This document shows, one piece after another, positions 29,001 through 37,193 of a stretch of 64,000 nucleotides of DNA. The DNA comes from Anaerolineales bacterium. GTDB taxonomy: Bacteria > Chloroflexota > Anaerolineae > Anaerolineales > Villigracilaceae. Under the pieces are notes generated by a model. That model made no database searches. It saw only the letters and a program-made list of their open reading frames with translations, and was not told where the DNA came from. Position numbers and translations under genes: made by a program. The DNA lies in the NCBI GenBank assembly GCA_046328915.1, contig JAXLVR010000007.1:157206-221205 (forward strand), written 5' to 3'. The stretch's first letter is position 1. The number at the start of each line of letters is the position of its first letter.

Positions 29001-29973
29001 CGTAGTTCAGCCTCTCGCGGACTTTGGGGCTGGTCGCATCATCCTGATAGCGTTTCTCCGCCCCAGCCTCGCACAGGGCGCGCAGATATGATTCCGCGGT
29101 GTGACCTTCCGGCACAGGGAACTCGGGTAGGTGATAGCCTTTGAAGCCAAGGTCCACGTTGCAACGTTCGGCAATGAGCAGAGTATTCGAGATCGCATCC
29201 GGCACTTCAGAGAAAAGCTTGCTCATCTCAAGCGGCGAGCGCAGGAAGTATGAGTCATCGGTCATGCGCATGCGGTCTTTGTCCGCTAATGTGGAGTTGG
29301 TCTGGATCGCCAACAGCACATCCTGCAACTTCGCATCTGCCTGGTTGACGTAATGCACATCATTCGTCGCAACGAATTTTGCCGAATAGCGTGCGCCAAG
29401 TGAGAGCAATTTTCGGTTCAGGTCGAGAATTTCAGGGATGTTGTGTTCCTGCAACTCGACGAAGAAGCGGTCGGGTCCGAACACGTCGTAGTACCAATTC
29501 CATTTGCGCACGGCTTCTTCGGGGTTGTCGTTCAACAGCGCGCGCGGGATCTCAGCAGACATACAGCCCGAGGTACAGATCAGCCCTTCGGAGTGCGCCG
29601 CTAAAAAGTCATGGTCGATGCGGGGGTAGTAGTAGAAACCTTCCAATTGCGCGGCAGAGGCGATCTTCAGCAGGTTCTGATATCCCTTTTCATTTTCTGC
29701 CAACAACAATAAATGGAAGGAGGAACGATCTAGTTTGGAGTCCTTGTCTTTCATGCCGCGTGCCGCCATGTAGGCTTCCAAGCCGATGATGGGTTTGACG
29801 CCTTCCGCTTTGGCGGCTTTGTAGAAATCGATCACACCGAACATCGTGCCGTGGTCGGTGATGGCGACCGAGTCCATGTTCATTTCTTTGACGCGTTTGA
29901 CCAGCTTCTTGATGTTCGAGAAGCCGTCTAACAGGGAGTATTCGGTGTGAACGTGGAGATGGGCGAAGGACAT
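26014..29973 (-). CDS. dnaE: DNA polymerase III alpha subunit, with a long Pro/Thr-rich insertion before the C-terminal domain
   Basis: PHP domain (HLHVHTEYSLLDG), polymerase core, and OB fold. 1319 aa; about 220 aa of low-complexity linker sits near the C-terminus. Confidence 0.95.
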   Translation of the reverse strand: MSFAHLHVHTEYSLLDGFSNIKKLVKRVKEMNMDSVAITDHGTMFGVIDFYKAAKAEGVKPIIGLEAYMAARGMKDKDSKLDRSSFHLLLLAENEKGYQNLLKIASAAQLEGFYYYPRIDHDFLAAHSEGLICTSGCMSAEIPRALLNDNPEEAVRKWNWYYDVFGPDRFFVELQEHNIPEILDLNRKLLSLGARYSAKFVATNDVHYVNQADAKLQDVLLAIQTNSTLADKDRMRMTDDSYFLRSPLEMSKLFSEVPDAISNTLLIAERCNVDLGFKGYHLPEFPVPEGHTAESYLRALCEAGAEKRYQDDATSPKVRERLNYELGVVHTMGFDAYFLIVWDLCSFAREHGIWYNARGSAAGSIIAYTLGITMVDPLEHALIFERFLNPGRVSMPDIDLDFRDDRRHEMLEYCARKYGDDKVAQIITFGTMGTKAAIRDVARVMEIPLPEVDRVAKLVPFAAGGTTMAEAKEVPEFKQIYDTDPKMREVIDIAERMEGTVRNAGTHAAGVVISDKPILEYLPLHRPTSNSEDTPIKSVTQFEMGILDTLGMLKVDFLGLITLTVMARACDLIFKRHGIKFDLTNIPVDDPKSFELMGAGQTAGVFQVEGGGMTRWLVQMKPQNLDNIIAMVALYRPGPMAFIPDYIARMHGEAEVEYRHPAMEPIFKDTFGIPVYQEQLMRAAVELAGYTPSESDELRKAISKKKKEDIEKHRNKFVKGAVEKGMEQSTAEAIYADWEEFARYGFNKSHAADYGVIAVQTAYLKSHYPAEYMTALMSASAGQTEKVAFYVADARSMGVPVLQPDINHSEWDFSIEDVDGKPNIRFGMGAIKNVGEGAVEPIIQERIANGKFSDLNDFARRVDLRSVGKRALEGLIKVGAMDSFGNRASLLASLDRIVAISSNHFRAADAGQMSLFGAATGIIEEITLPEVKDVDKREMLNWERELIGLYISDHPLNEYQATLAKIVSYFSGQLSESHHEEKVRMAGLITGVRPYTTKTGKPMGFAQMEDIQGTVELVLFPKTWEASREVLTVGQIVIVEGKLDHGSTPPKLLVDTVKTEIPVTTSADDPFITNGSTPKPLLARTESQSPRRPEQPKPTPAATPKQTPTPTNVGHASSVTDSTKQESHVTNVTYNKQTAEPAPAYTTDDDMPPPPDNFPDGWDNEWQPSFDEAAIAAKPAPKFKKDEPVTPPVLTRAVEALTQAGALNPAEDRDEAFIPSLYVPLAKENADKDHPPKQITIILRSTGDKERDKRRIKTLYGTLISYHGRDKFSFQIFENGKGHLIDFPNDTTRICPELLERLKKLMGEESWHVEEITFQ

Positions 29974-30106
29974 AGTTTGTTTATTGGGTGTTCGAGCAGT
30001 CAGTGGGTTACTACAAGACTAATCGGCATTATAGCACGCATGTTCAGGTTATTTCCCTACGCGTGGCTTAAAGTTTTATGGCAATTAATGTCAACCAAGT
30101 TTGTGT

Positions 30107-31672
30107 TTATTCTGTGCCGTTAAGACGGTAGATAGGTTTATTTTTAATAACAGCCGCCAGATAATAGTTGTCTTCTATGTATTTCAACACTTGATCTAGG
30201 TTTGCAGGCGTGACTGTGGGATATACCCCCATCGCTTTTTGCTCTTCGCGTTTCACTGGGTCAAGAGATGGAATGCTAAGCCGACCCAAATCCACGATAA
30301 GGACGGGCTTTTTATTGATGAGCCCATCGAGGAAATCTTCATTCAATCGGTCTGCGGCGGCTGAAGGGACAAGCTGTGGATAATACAACCCGGCATACGG
30401 TGCACTTCGATGTGACATGAAGTACTCACCTGGGTTGGTTGCCCAGAAAATAACATATTCATCAGGGTTGGTATGGTTTTCCACATAGATCGATATGGGA
30501 GAACGAGCTTCTCGCTCAGAAGAGGTGAAGAAGCGGTCTACAGCTTCTATATACTTGGAAAGACCATTACTCAGAACGAACACTGTAATAGAAATAAGAA
30601 GGGAAAAAAGGATAGAAGTAGAAGAAGGTAATCTCTTCAAGGATGGCAAATTTATCTTTTCTTGAATAGTATGAAAAGCAAAGGCACTTAATACGCCGAT
30701 AAATGGCAACCAGTTCAAGTAATAATGACCGTAATTGCGCTTGGCAAGGTCACTAAAAGCGACCATAAGTGGTGAACCTATAACGATTACCAGAAATACA
30801 GGAAGATAAGGGCTCTTTTTTAGAGAGCTTAATTTAATAAACAAGAGTATGTATCCTATAAGACCAATCCATGCAACGATATTGAGGTATTGGAAACCAA
30901 TCTTAATGGGCGAAGTGGCACTTACGTCCGCTGCACTATACGCCAGGTTGTAAATGATAGAAGCTTCAAGCAGTGTCTTGAACTGTCCATAATAAGCAAA
31001 GTAAGCCGATGTGGCAGCCAATGGAATGAAAATCCCCAAGCTGACCCACATCACAGCATGGAAGAAGGACTTGGAGTCACGTCGCCATAGAAGAGTGCCG
31101 CCATAGACGAGGATCGTTATTGCTTCAATAAGGGCGTTGTTTGGGCGAAATAAAAAGCTGAAGGAAAAGAGTAAACCCAAAATTAAATTAAAGAGGCGTT
31201 GTTTTGGGTTTTGAATCAAATAGAAGAGAAGGAGGAGTGCCAGAAAGTGAAAGGTGAGTGGGTATTCCTCTGTAAAATTCCCACCTTCCAGCGTCATATT
31301 CATACCCCATAACCAGATAAAAATACCAAAGAGTGCAGATACATTCCCAAAAAATTTATTTAGAAGATAGTACGACACAACAATTGCAGAAAATAAAAAG
31401 GCGAACTCAACGAGCCATACTCCCCAACGAAATCCACGCCCGAGGCGTAAAGCGAAGGCGTTTAGATAAAAAATAGCCGGAGGTTTACTGTCCCATGCAG
31501 TGACGTAAGGGAGTTGCCCTTTCACAATCTGTTTTGCAATATGAATATAAAACCCATAGTCACGGCTTGGCAGTTCTGTGCCAGGGTTTGCTTGTGCCAA
31601 CACGGTAAGGGCAAGAACTGAAAAAAGAATGATCAGTAATATGGTGTGGGACTTAAGTGATTTTATTTTCAT
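30107..31672 (-). CDS. GT39/GT83-like (ArnT/PMT-type) membrane glycosyltransferase
   Basis: Polytopic 521 aa protein with an N-terminal motif pattern typical of dolichyl/undecaprenyl-phosphate-sugar transferases. Low-GC codon usage. Confidence 0.65.
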   Translation of the reverse strand: MKIKSLKSHTILLIILFSVLALTVLAQANPGTELPSRDYGFYIHIAKQIVKGQLPYVTAWDSKPPAIFYLNAFALRLGRGFRWGVWLVEFAFLFSAIVVSYYLLNKFFGNVSALFGIFIWLWGMNMTLEGGNFTEEYPLTFHFLALLLLFYLIQNPKQRLFNLILGLLFSFSFLFRPNNALIEAITILVYGGTLLWRRDSKSFFHAVMWVSLGIFIPLAATSAYFAYYGQFKTLLEASIIYNLAYSAADVSATSPIKIGFQYLNIVAWIGLIGYILLFIKLSSLKKSPYLPVFLVIVIGSPLMVAFSDLAKRNYGHYYLNWLPFIGVLSAFAFHTIQEKINLPSLKRLPSSTSILFSLLISITVFVLSNGLSKYIEAVDRFFTSSEREARSPISIYVENHTNPDEYVIFWATNPGEYFMSHRSAPYAGLYYPQLVPSAAADRLNEDFLDGLINKKPVLIVDLGRLSIPSLDPVKREEQKAMGVYPTVTPANLDQVLKYIEDNYYLAAVIKNKPIYRLNGTE

Positions 31673-31757
31673 TGTTTTTTGAAATTATAACATTCAGCTT
31701 TTTTATGCCTTAAATAGGAGGTTCAGAGATAAAATAAAACAGTCGCCGCCTTATTGT

Positions 31758-34700
31758 TTGTTGAATAGGCTTCTTATGTTTTCCATTCCGATCAGTAAAA
31801 CAAAAATCATCCCACCGCGAAGACGTGCGGAATTATTAACACGCAAGCGCTTGTTAAGTCTTCTGTTTGAATACTTGGATGGCAAGCTTGTGCTTGTCTC
31901 TGCGCCTGCAGGGTATGGCAAAACTTCGCTATTGATCAATGCCGTTCAGGAAAGTGAATTCAAATGTTGTTGGCTTTCGCTTGATGAATTGGACCGAGAT
32001 CCACAGCGGTTTGTGGCATATGTAGTTTCGTCTATCGCAGAATGTTTTCCGGGTGTGGGGGCACAAACCGCGTCGGTAATGAAAAATATTAGTTCATTTG
32101 AAAGTGAAATTGAACGTCTGGCTGTGACGTTAGTGAATGAGGCATATGAAGGCATCCATGAACATTTTGTCTTGATCCTCGATGATTTTCACATCCTGGA
32201 TGGAGTGCAGCCTATCTATGATTTTTTGAATCGTTTTGTTCAACTGGTTGACGATAATTGTCATATTGTCATTTCTTCCCGTGTCTTGACTCCCTTGGCA
32301 GACCTCCCGCTCATGGCTGCACGTGAACAGGTTCATGGTTTGAACTTTTCAGATCTTGCTTTTCAGACAAGCGAAATTCAGGCACTTTTGCAGCAGAACA
32401 ATAATATTTTGCTTTCAGACGAAGAGGCTGAAACCTTGTTTAAAGAGTCCGAAGGTTGGATCACGGGTTTACAGTTTGGAATCTCTGGAACAAATCGTAA
32501 GCCTGTGATTGGTGGCGGGGTTGGTTTAAATGATTATCTTGGTCAACAAGTCTTAAACCGACAAACTCCACAAATGCGCGAACTTTTACTACGCACATCA
32601 CTGATGGATGAGTTCGATGCATCCATGTGCGAACAGGTTCTTGGACCCTTTTACGAAAGTAAACAGGACTGGGATGTATTTCTCAGTACTATTCTAAGTA
32701 ACAACTTGTTTGTGTTACCTGTTGGTAGCGATGGGAGTTACTTGCGCTATCACCATTTATTCCGTGATTATTTGCGCGAAAGAGTAAAAAAGGAAAGACC
32801 AGATGAGATACGCCCAATTCTGGAAAGATTAAGTCATGCCTATGAGGCTATTGGTGAATGGGAAAAGGCGTATGCGATCATTCACACCTTAGGTGATGTG
32901 AATTTATTGGTGGAGTTAATAGACCTCACCAGTTTCAATAATCTGCAAGATACGATGCGTCAGATCGAAAACTGGCTACATGATCTACCACCTTCTGTTC
33001 AAAAGAATCATCCGCTTATCATTTCTATAACCGGGACCATACACCTTATTAAAGGTGACGCTCAAAGTGGAGTAAGGGAATTGGATGTGGCTATTGAGGC
33101 ATTTGAAAGAGCTGGAGATATTCCGCATCTGGCACTTTCATTGATTCGATGTTCGTATGGGCATCGTTATTTAGGAGACTACCAATCTGGCATTTCCAAA
33201 TTAGAAAAAGCCCTCCTTTTAGTCGAAGACCGTGATGAGTTACAGCAATTACATGCAGAAGCTTTGCATGTAATGAGTTCGTATTTGATGCGTTTGGGCA
33301 GAAATCGGTCTGCATTGAAATTGGTCGAAAAAGCGATCGATATAAGAATTCGGCTAAAAGACAACAAATCAAGCGCAAGAACTATTGCAGATATTGGCGC
33401 GTTGTATCAAACATTGGGAGATTACGAAGAAGCCGAAAAAAATTTCAACAAGGCACTAAAGATCTACAGTCAAGATTTTAGCTTTGTAGAAGAAGCTAGT
33501 TTGTTAAATAATATGGGATTTATGTTTTACCAGAATGGGGATTATGAAAAAGCGGCTTATTCCTACGAAAAAGGACTTCTTTATGCGCAGCGTAGTCAGC
33601 ATACACGCTTAGAGACTTTGCTGACAATAGGCATCGGTGATTTGTACGCTGAATTAAATGACATAGAGATCGCTGAGCAAAATTATGCGCGCGCAGAAAA
33701 GTTATTGGAAGAGCGCAATGATCAATTCTTAAATTTTTCACTTCTTATAGGGTTAGGAAAACTGGCATTACTTAAGGGTAATTTGAAATCTGCAGCTCAG
33801 CATATCCATGCCTTGGAAGAAATCATCCAAACAACCTCTTCTCATTATGACCATGGGCATTTCAATCTGTTGTTGGGAAAAATTGCAATTTTCGAAGATG
33901 ATTTTGTACTTGCCTGTAAAAAAATTGAGCAAGCAGAGATGTATTTTCGCCAGGATGAACTCAACCTTGATTTGATTTCTGCCCGTGTATGGCTTTCTGC
34001 GGCATATGCCGGAAATGGACAAATACAAGCTGCGGTTCAAAAGATACAAGAAGCTCTAGGAAATAAAGCAAAGCACATTGCTTTAATTGCAATGCACCAG
34101 AGTTTTAAGTGGTTGGAACCACTTAAAAAAGAGTTGAATAAGGAACGGGTAATAAAAGATGTACTAAATCGCGCCGAAAAATTAACAGACCAATTATCCG
34201 ATACACGTCGTAAACTTCGTAGACAGGCACGTGTTGTTGAGGTTCCTGCAGCTCATATATCCATAAAAGGGTTTGGAAATGCGGTTGTTACCCGCGATGG
34301 ACGCGAATTAAATCTGTCAGATTGGCAAACACAATCGGTACGAGATTTATTCTTTTTCTTTTTATCTCAGAACACTCCTCTTACAAAAGAGCAGGTGTCC
34401 TCACGGTTTTGGCAGGAGTTAGATGACCCTGCTAAAGTGAGATTAAGATTTAAAAATGAGATGTATCGCTTGCGTCGTGCAGTTGGAAATGAAGCAATTC
34501 GGTTTGAAAACAATCAGTATGCCTTTAATCGCAACCTCAATTATGAGTATGATGTAGAAGCCTTTGAAGCGCATCTATCACGTGCACGTTCTGCAAAACA
34601 ACAGCAAGAGATGATCGAATTCTATACGAAGGCAATTGATCTTTTTGTAGGACCCTATCTTAATGATATTTATTATGATTGGGTAATTACAGAACGGGAA

Positions 34701-34979
34701 CGTTTTGATCAAATGTACCTTTCGGCTCTGATCACTTTGGCTGAAATTTACCAGAAACAAGCAAGACTTGAAGAAGCGCTTAAGGCATATCAACGCGCTA
34801 TAGAATATAGCCCGATTTATGAGACTGCCTATTGTTCAATCATGCAAGTATATGCCCGAATGCAGAACCGTACTGCAGTGATTCAGACCTACGAAGCATG
34901 CAGGTTAGCCTTGAAAAAACACCTTTCTATGCTCCCATCTTCTGAAACCGAGGCGTTATACAAAAAACTAATATCCTAA
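31758..34979 (+). CDS. STAND-type regulator: MalT-like P-loop NTPase, TPR repeats, and a C-terminal SARP (OmpR-type wHTH + BTAD) domain
   Basis: Walker A SAPAGYGKTSLL, multiple TPR-like repeats, and a C-terminal SARP-like wHTH followed by a BTAD helical region. 1073 aa. Confidence 0.7.
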   Translation: MLNRLLMFSIPISKTKIIPPRRRAELLTRKRLLSLLFEYLDGKLVLVSAPAGYGKTSLLINAVQESEFKCCWLSLDELDRDPQRFVAYVVSSIAECFPGVGAQTASVMKNISSFESEIERLAVTLVNEAYEGIHEHFVLILDDFHILDGVQPIYDFLNRFVQLVDDNCHIVISSRVLTPLADLPLMAAREQVHGLNFSDLAFQTSEIQALLQQNNNILLSDEEAETLFKESEGWITGLQFGISGTNRKPVIGGGVGLNDYLGQQVLNRQTPQMRELLLRTSLMDEFDASMCEQVLGPFYESKQDWDVFLSTILSNNLFVLPVGSDGSYLRYHHLFRDYLRERVKKERPDEIRPILERLSHAYEAIGEWEKAYAIIHTLGDVNLLVELIDLTSFNNLQDTMRQIENWLHDLPPSVQKNHPLIISITGTIHLIKGDAQSGVRELDVAIEAFERAGDIPHLALSLIRCSYGHRYLGDYQSGISKLEKALLLVEDRDELQQLHAEALHVMSSYLMRLGRNRSALKLVEKAIDIRIRLKDNKSSARTIADIGALYQTLGDYEEAEKNFNKALKIYSQDFSFVEEASLLNNMGFMFYQNGDYEKAAYSYEKGLLYAQRSQHTRLETLLTIGIGDLYAELNDIEIAEQNYARAEKLLEERNDQFLNFSLLIGLGKLALLKGNLKSAAQHIHALEEIIQTTSSHYDHGHFNLLLGKIAIFEDDFVLACKKIEQAEMYFRQDELNLDLISARVWLSAAYAGNGQIQAAVQKIQEALGNKAKHIALIAMHQSFKWLEPLKKELNKERVIKDVLNRAEKLTDQLSDTRRKLRRQARVVEVPAAHISIKGFGNAVVTRDGRELNLSDWQTQSVRDLFFFFLSQNTPLTKEQVSSRFWQELDDPAKVRLRFKNEMYRLRRAVGNEAIRFENNQYAFNRNLNYEYDVEAFEAHLSRARSAKQQQEMIEFYTKAIDLFVGPYLNDIYYDWVITERERFDQMYLSALITLAEIYQKQARLEEALKAYQRAIEYSPIYETAYCSIMQVYARMQNRTAVIQTYEACRLALKKHLSMLPSSETEALYKKLIS

Positions 34980-35215
34980 AATAGCCGAAACCAGCTATTT
35001 TGAAGCCTGTTTTGAAGCCTGGGGGCGAATATCTTAAGGGCATCGTTTTCAAAAAGAAAGGATGCTCAAATGAAAGCTCAATTTGCTCTATTTACCCACT
35101 ATGCTCAAAAAATAAACCGCCAACATGTTCAGGTGGCACTCACCATTGTGAGCCTTGCCCTGTTGGTACTAGGTGTAGGTGCGCCTAATGATACAGGTAC
35201 AGGTCCGCGTTAGAA

Positions 35216-35758
35216 ATGGTTCTTTGGGCTGGAATAGCTCTTGGGTTGATGGTTGGCTTGGGTCTGGCTGCCTGGAATCGGGTCCGTTATGAAGCGCCGA
35301 AATTCCATCATCTTTGGCTTGTACCAGTAGCCTTCCTGGTTCAAAGGCTGGAACAGTCTAAAGATTATCCCATCATCGTGTCACAGATTATGTTTTTGGC
35401 GTTCACCTATCTCAACCGTGCCTTACCAGGGATGAATTCTCTACTCATTGGTGCCGCCCTAAACTTTACGGTGATGGCGGCAAACAGTGGACGCATGCCC
35501 ATTAGCCCTGAAACCGCTAGCAGGCTTTTTCCGCAAGAAAATTTGTGGGATTACCCCGCCGGGACCTTGATTGGGGCGAAAGATATTCTCTTGCCCCCTG
35601 AGCAAACTCGCTTCGAATGGCTTGCGGATCGTTTCCTCCCTCCAAACTGGTTGCCTTACCAATTTGCCTTCAGTCTCGGTGACGTTTTTATTGCGGCGGG
35701 TGCATTCTGGCTGCTTGCCAAGCCAACTTCTTTTGCCAAAGGAAAACAAATCTCATGA
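35216..35758 (+). CDS. Hypothetical polytopic membrane protein
   Basis: 180 aa with about four TM helices. Overlaps the next gene (ATGA). Confidence 0.5.
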   Translation: MVLWAGIALGLMVGLGLAAWNRVRYEAPKFHHLWLVPVAFLVQRLEQSKDYPIIVSQIMFLAFTYLNRALPGMNSLLIGAALNFTVMAANSGRMPISPETASRLFPQENLWDYPAGTLIGAKDILLPPEQTRFEWLADRFLPPNWLPYQFAFSLGDVFIAAGAFWLLAKPTSFAKGKQIS

Positions 35759-36048
35759 TCGCCACTTCCTTCACTGCTAGCCTGGAAAACACTCATCCGA
35801 AACATCAGCAACGGACCTCTGCAACTGCCCTTCGTTCTAATGGACTGAATCGTGTTTTTGCGGCTGCAATCGTAAGCCAACAGTTTTGCGACATGCTGCT
35901 CAAAGACCCGAAAGAAGCCTTGAAAACAGGGTATCTTGGTGAGACTTTCGTTCTGACCCCCGAAGAAGTATCTCTCATTGCCTCCATTCGTGCAGACTCT
36001 CTTGCTGAGTTTGCAAGAGAACTATATGTGTTGACCGGAACAGACTAA
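35755..36048 (+). CDS. Small protein with an NHLP/Nif11-like (nitrile-hydratase-leader-like) motif
   Basis: AIVSQQFCDMLLKDPKEALKTGYLGETFVLTPEE resembles the AW-D--F---LL-DPK-AL consensus of NHLP leaders. There is no GG cleavage site and no core peptide. Confidence 0.45.
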   Translation: MIATSFTASLENTHPKHQQRTSATALRSNGLNRVFAAAIVSQQFCDMLLKDPKEALKTGYLGETFVLTPEEVSLIASIRADSLAEFARELYVLTGTD

Positions 36049-36051
36049 CAC

Positions 36052-37068
36052 ATGCGATCTGGCATTCCATACCATGACAACATGAATAACTCAGATGGTA
36101 TGAAGAGCCCAACTGATCTGATTCATACTGCGCCTATTCAACCTGTGCTGATGTATGAGTTGAAATCTATGTTGCAAAATACGGAAGATTTGTTGTTCGT
36201 ATTGAACAAAGAGTGGCAGATCGTAAGTTGTAAATCGCGCAATGGGCTTTTATTAAAGATACATCTGTTGCCTGCAAAGCTGGATATTCGAGAACTTCTC
36301 CCAGATACGGTAAGACGAAAATTCGATGGGCTGGCAGATCAATTGAACAGCACCAACCGCCCCGCCATGTTTGAGAGCATGATCGTTTTGCCGCCAAATA
36401 CTGTTAGTTGGTATGAGTTCCGGCTGATTCCTGCATTCAATAATCAAGTAGTGCTTTTTATTTGGAATGTGAACAGCTATCGCAAGACCAAGTGGACGAT
36501 CTCGAATGTCCCTGTCTCAATTGAAAAATTGATTGAAGGCTGGTCACGTTCTTTGTATTTGCGAGACTTTGAGACAGAAGACCACACGCGCCGTGTGACA
36601 GAAATGACCACCCAGCTTGCCCGTCGGTTGGGGTTGCCTGAAGAAGATATGACCAACATCCGACGTGGTGCTCAAGTTCATGATATCGGCAAGATCGCCA
36701 TTCCAGATCAGATTTTATTGAAGACCGGCAAATTGACCGAAGAGGAATGGGTAGTAATGCGCAAACATCCATTGATTGCCGTGGAAATGGTAGAGCCTAT
36801 TCCCGAATTCAAACCAGCGCTTGTAATTCCGCGTTCGCACCACGAAAAATGGGATGGCTCTGGTTACCCAGATGGGTTGGCTGGGTCAGACATTCCTTTG
36901 CAAGCACGCATTTTTGCTTTTGCCGATGTTTATGATGCGCTGACGTCAGACCGCCCGTATCGAAAGGCGTGGTCACGTAGTGAAGCGCTTCAATTTATCC
37001 GTAACGAGACAGGGCGTCACTTTGACCCTGCGCTTACTTCTGAGTTTATTCGTTTGATGTCTGAATAA
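36052..37068 (+). CDS. HD-GYP domain c-di-GMP phosphodiesterase with an N-terminal PAS-like sensor
   Basis: HDIGK...HHEKWDGSGYPDGL motifs. 4 nt after the preceding gene. Confidence 0.85.
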   Translation: MRSGIPYHDNMNNSDGMKSPTDLIHTAPIQPVLMYELKSMLQNTEDLLFVLNKEWQIVSCKSRNGLLLKIHLLPAKLDIRELLPDTVRRKFDGLADQLNSTNRPAMFESMIVLPPNTVSWYEFRLIPAFNNQVVLFIWNVNSYRKTKWTISNVPVSIEKLIEGWSRSLYLRDFETEDHTRRVTEMTTQLARRLGLPEEDMTNIRRGAQVHDIGKIAIPDQILLKTGKLTEEEWVVMRKHPLIAVEMVEPIPEFKPALVIPRSHHEKWDGSGYPDGLAGSDIPLQARIFAFADVYDALTSDRPYRKAWSRSEALQFIRNETGRHFDPALTSEFIRLMSE

Positions 37069-37193
37069 CCTTGCTTTCCAGCGCGGTTGGAACAGGAAAG
37101 GGGATATCCAACGCGATTAGGGGATCTGGGGTGCACGCCGGTGTAAGGTCCGGCGTGTAATGTTTTAACAACATGATGCAAAAGCGCAGTGCT

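Noticed and set aside
35000-35215. Small ORFs, including a ~47-aa hydrophobic peptide (35070-35213), upstream of the membrane-protein/NHLP-like/HD-GYP operon
   Set aside because: The SD is weak and the composition is unremarkable. It could be real, but the sequence alone is insufficient, so it is not listed as a feature.
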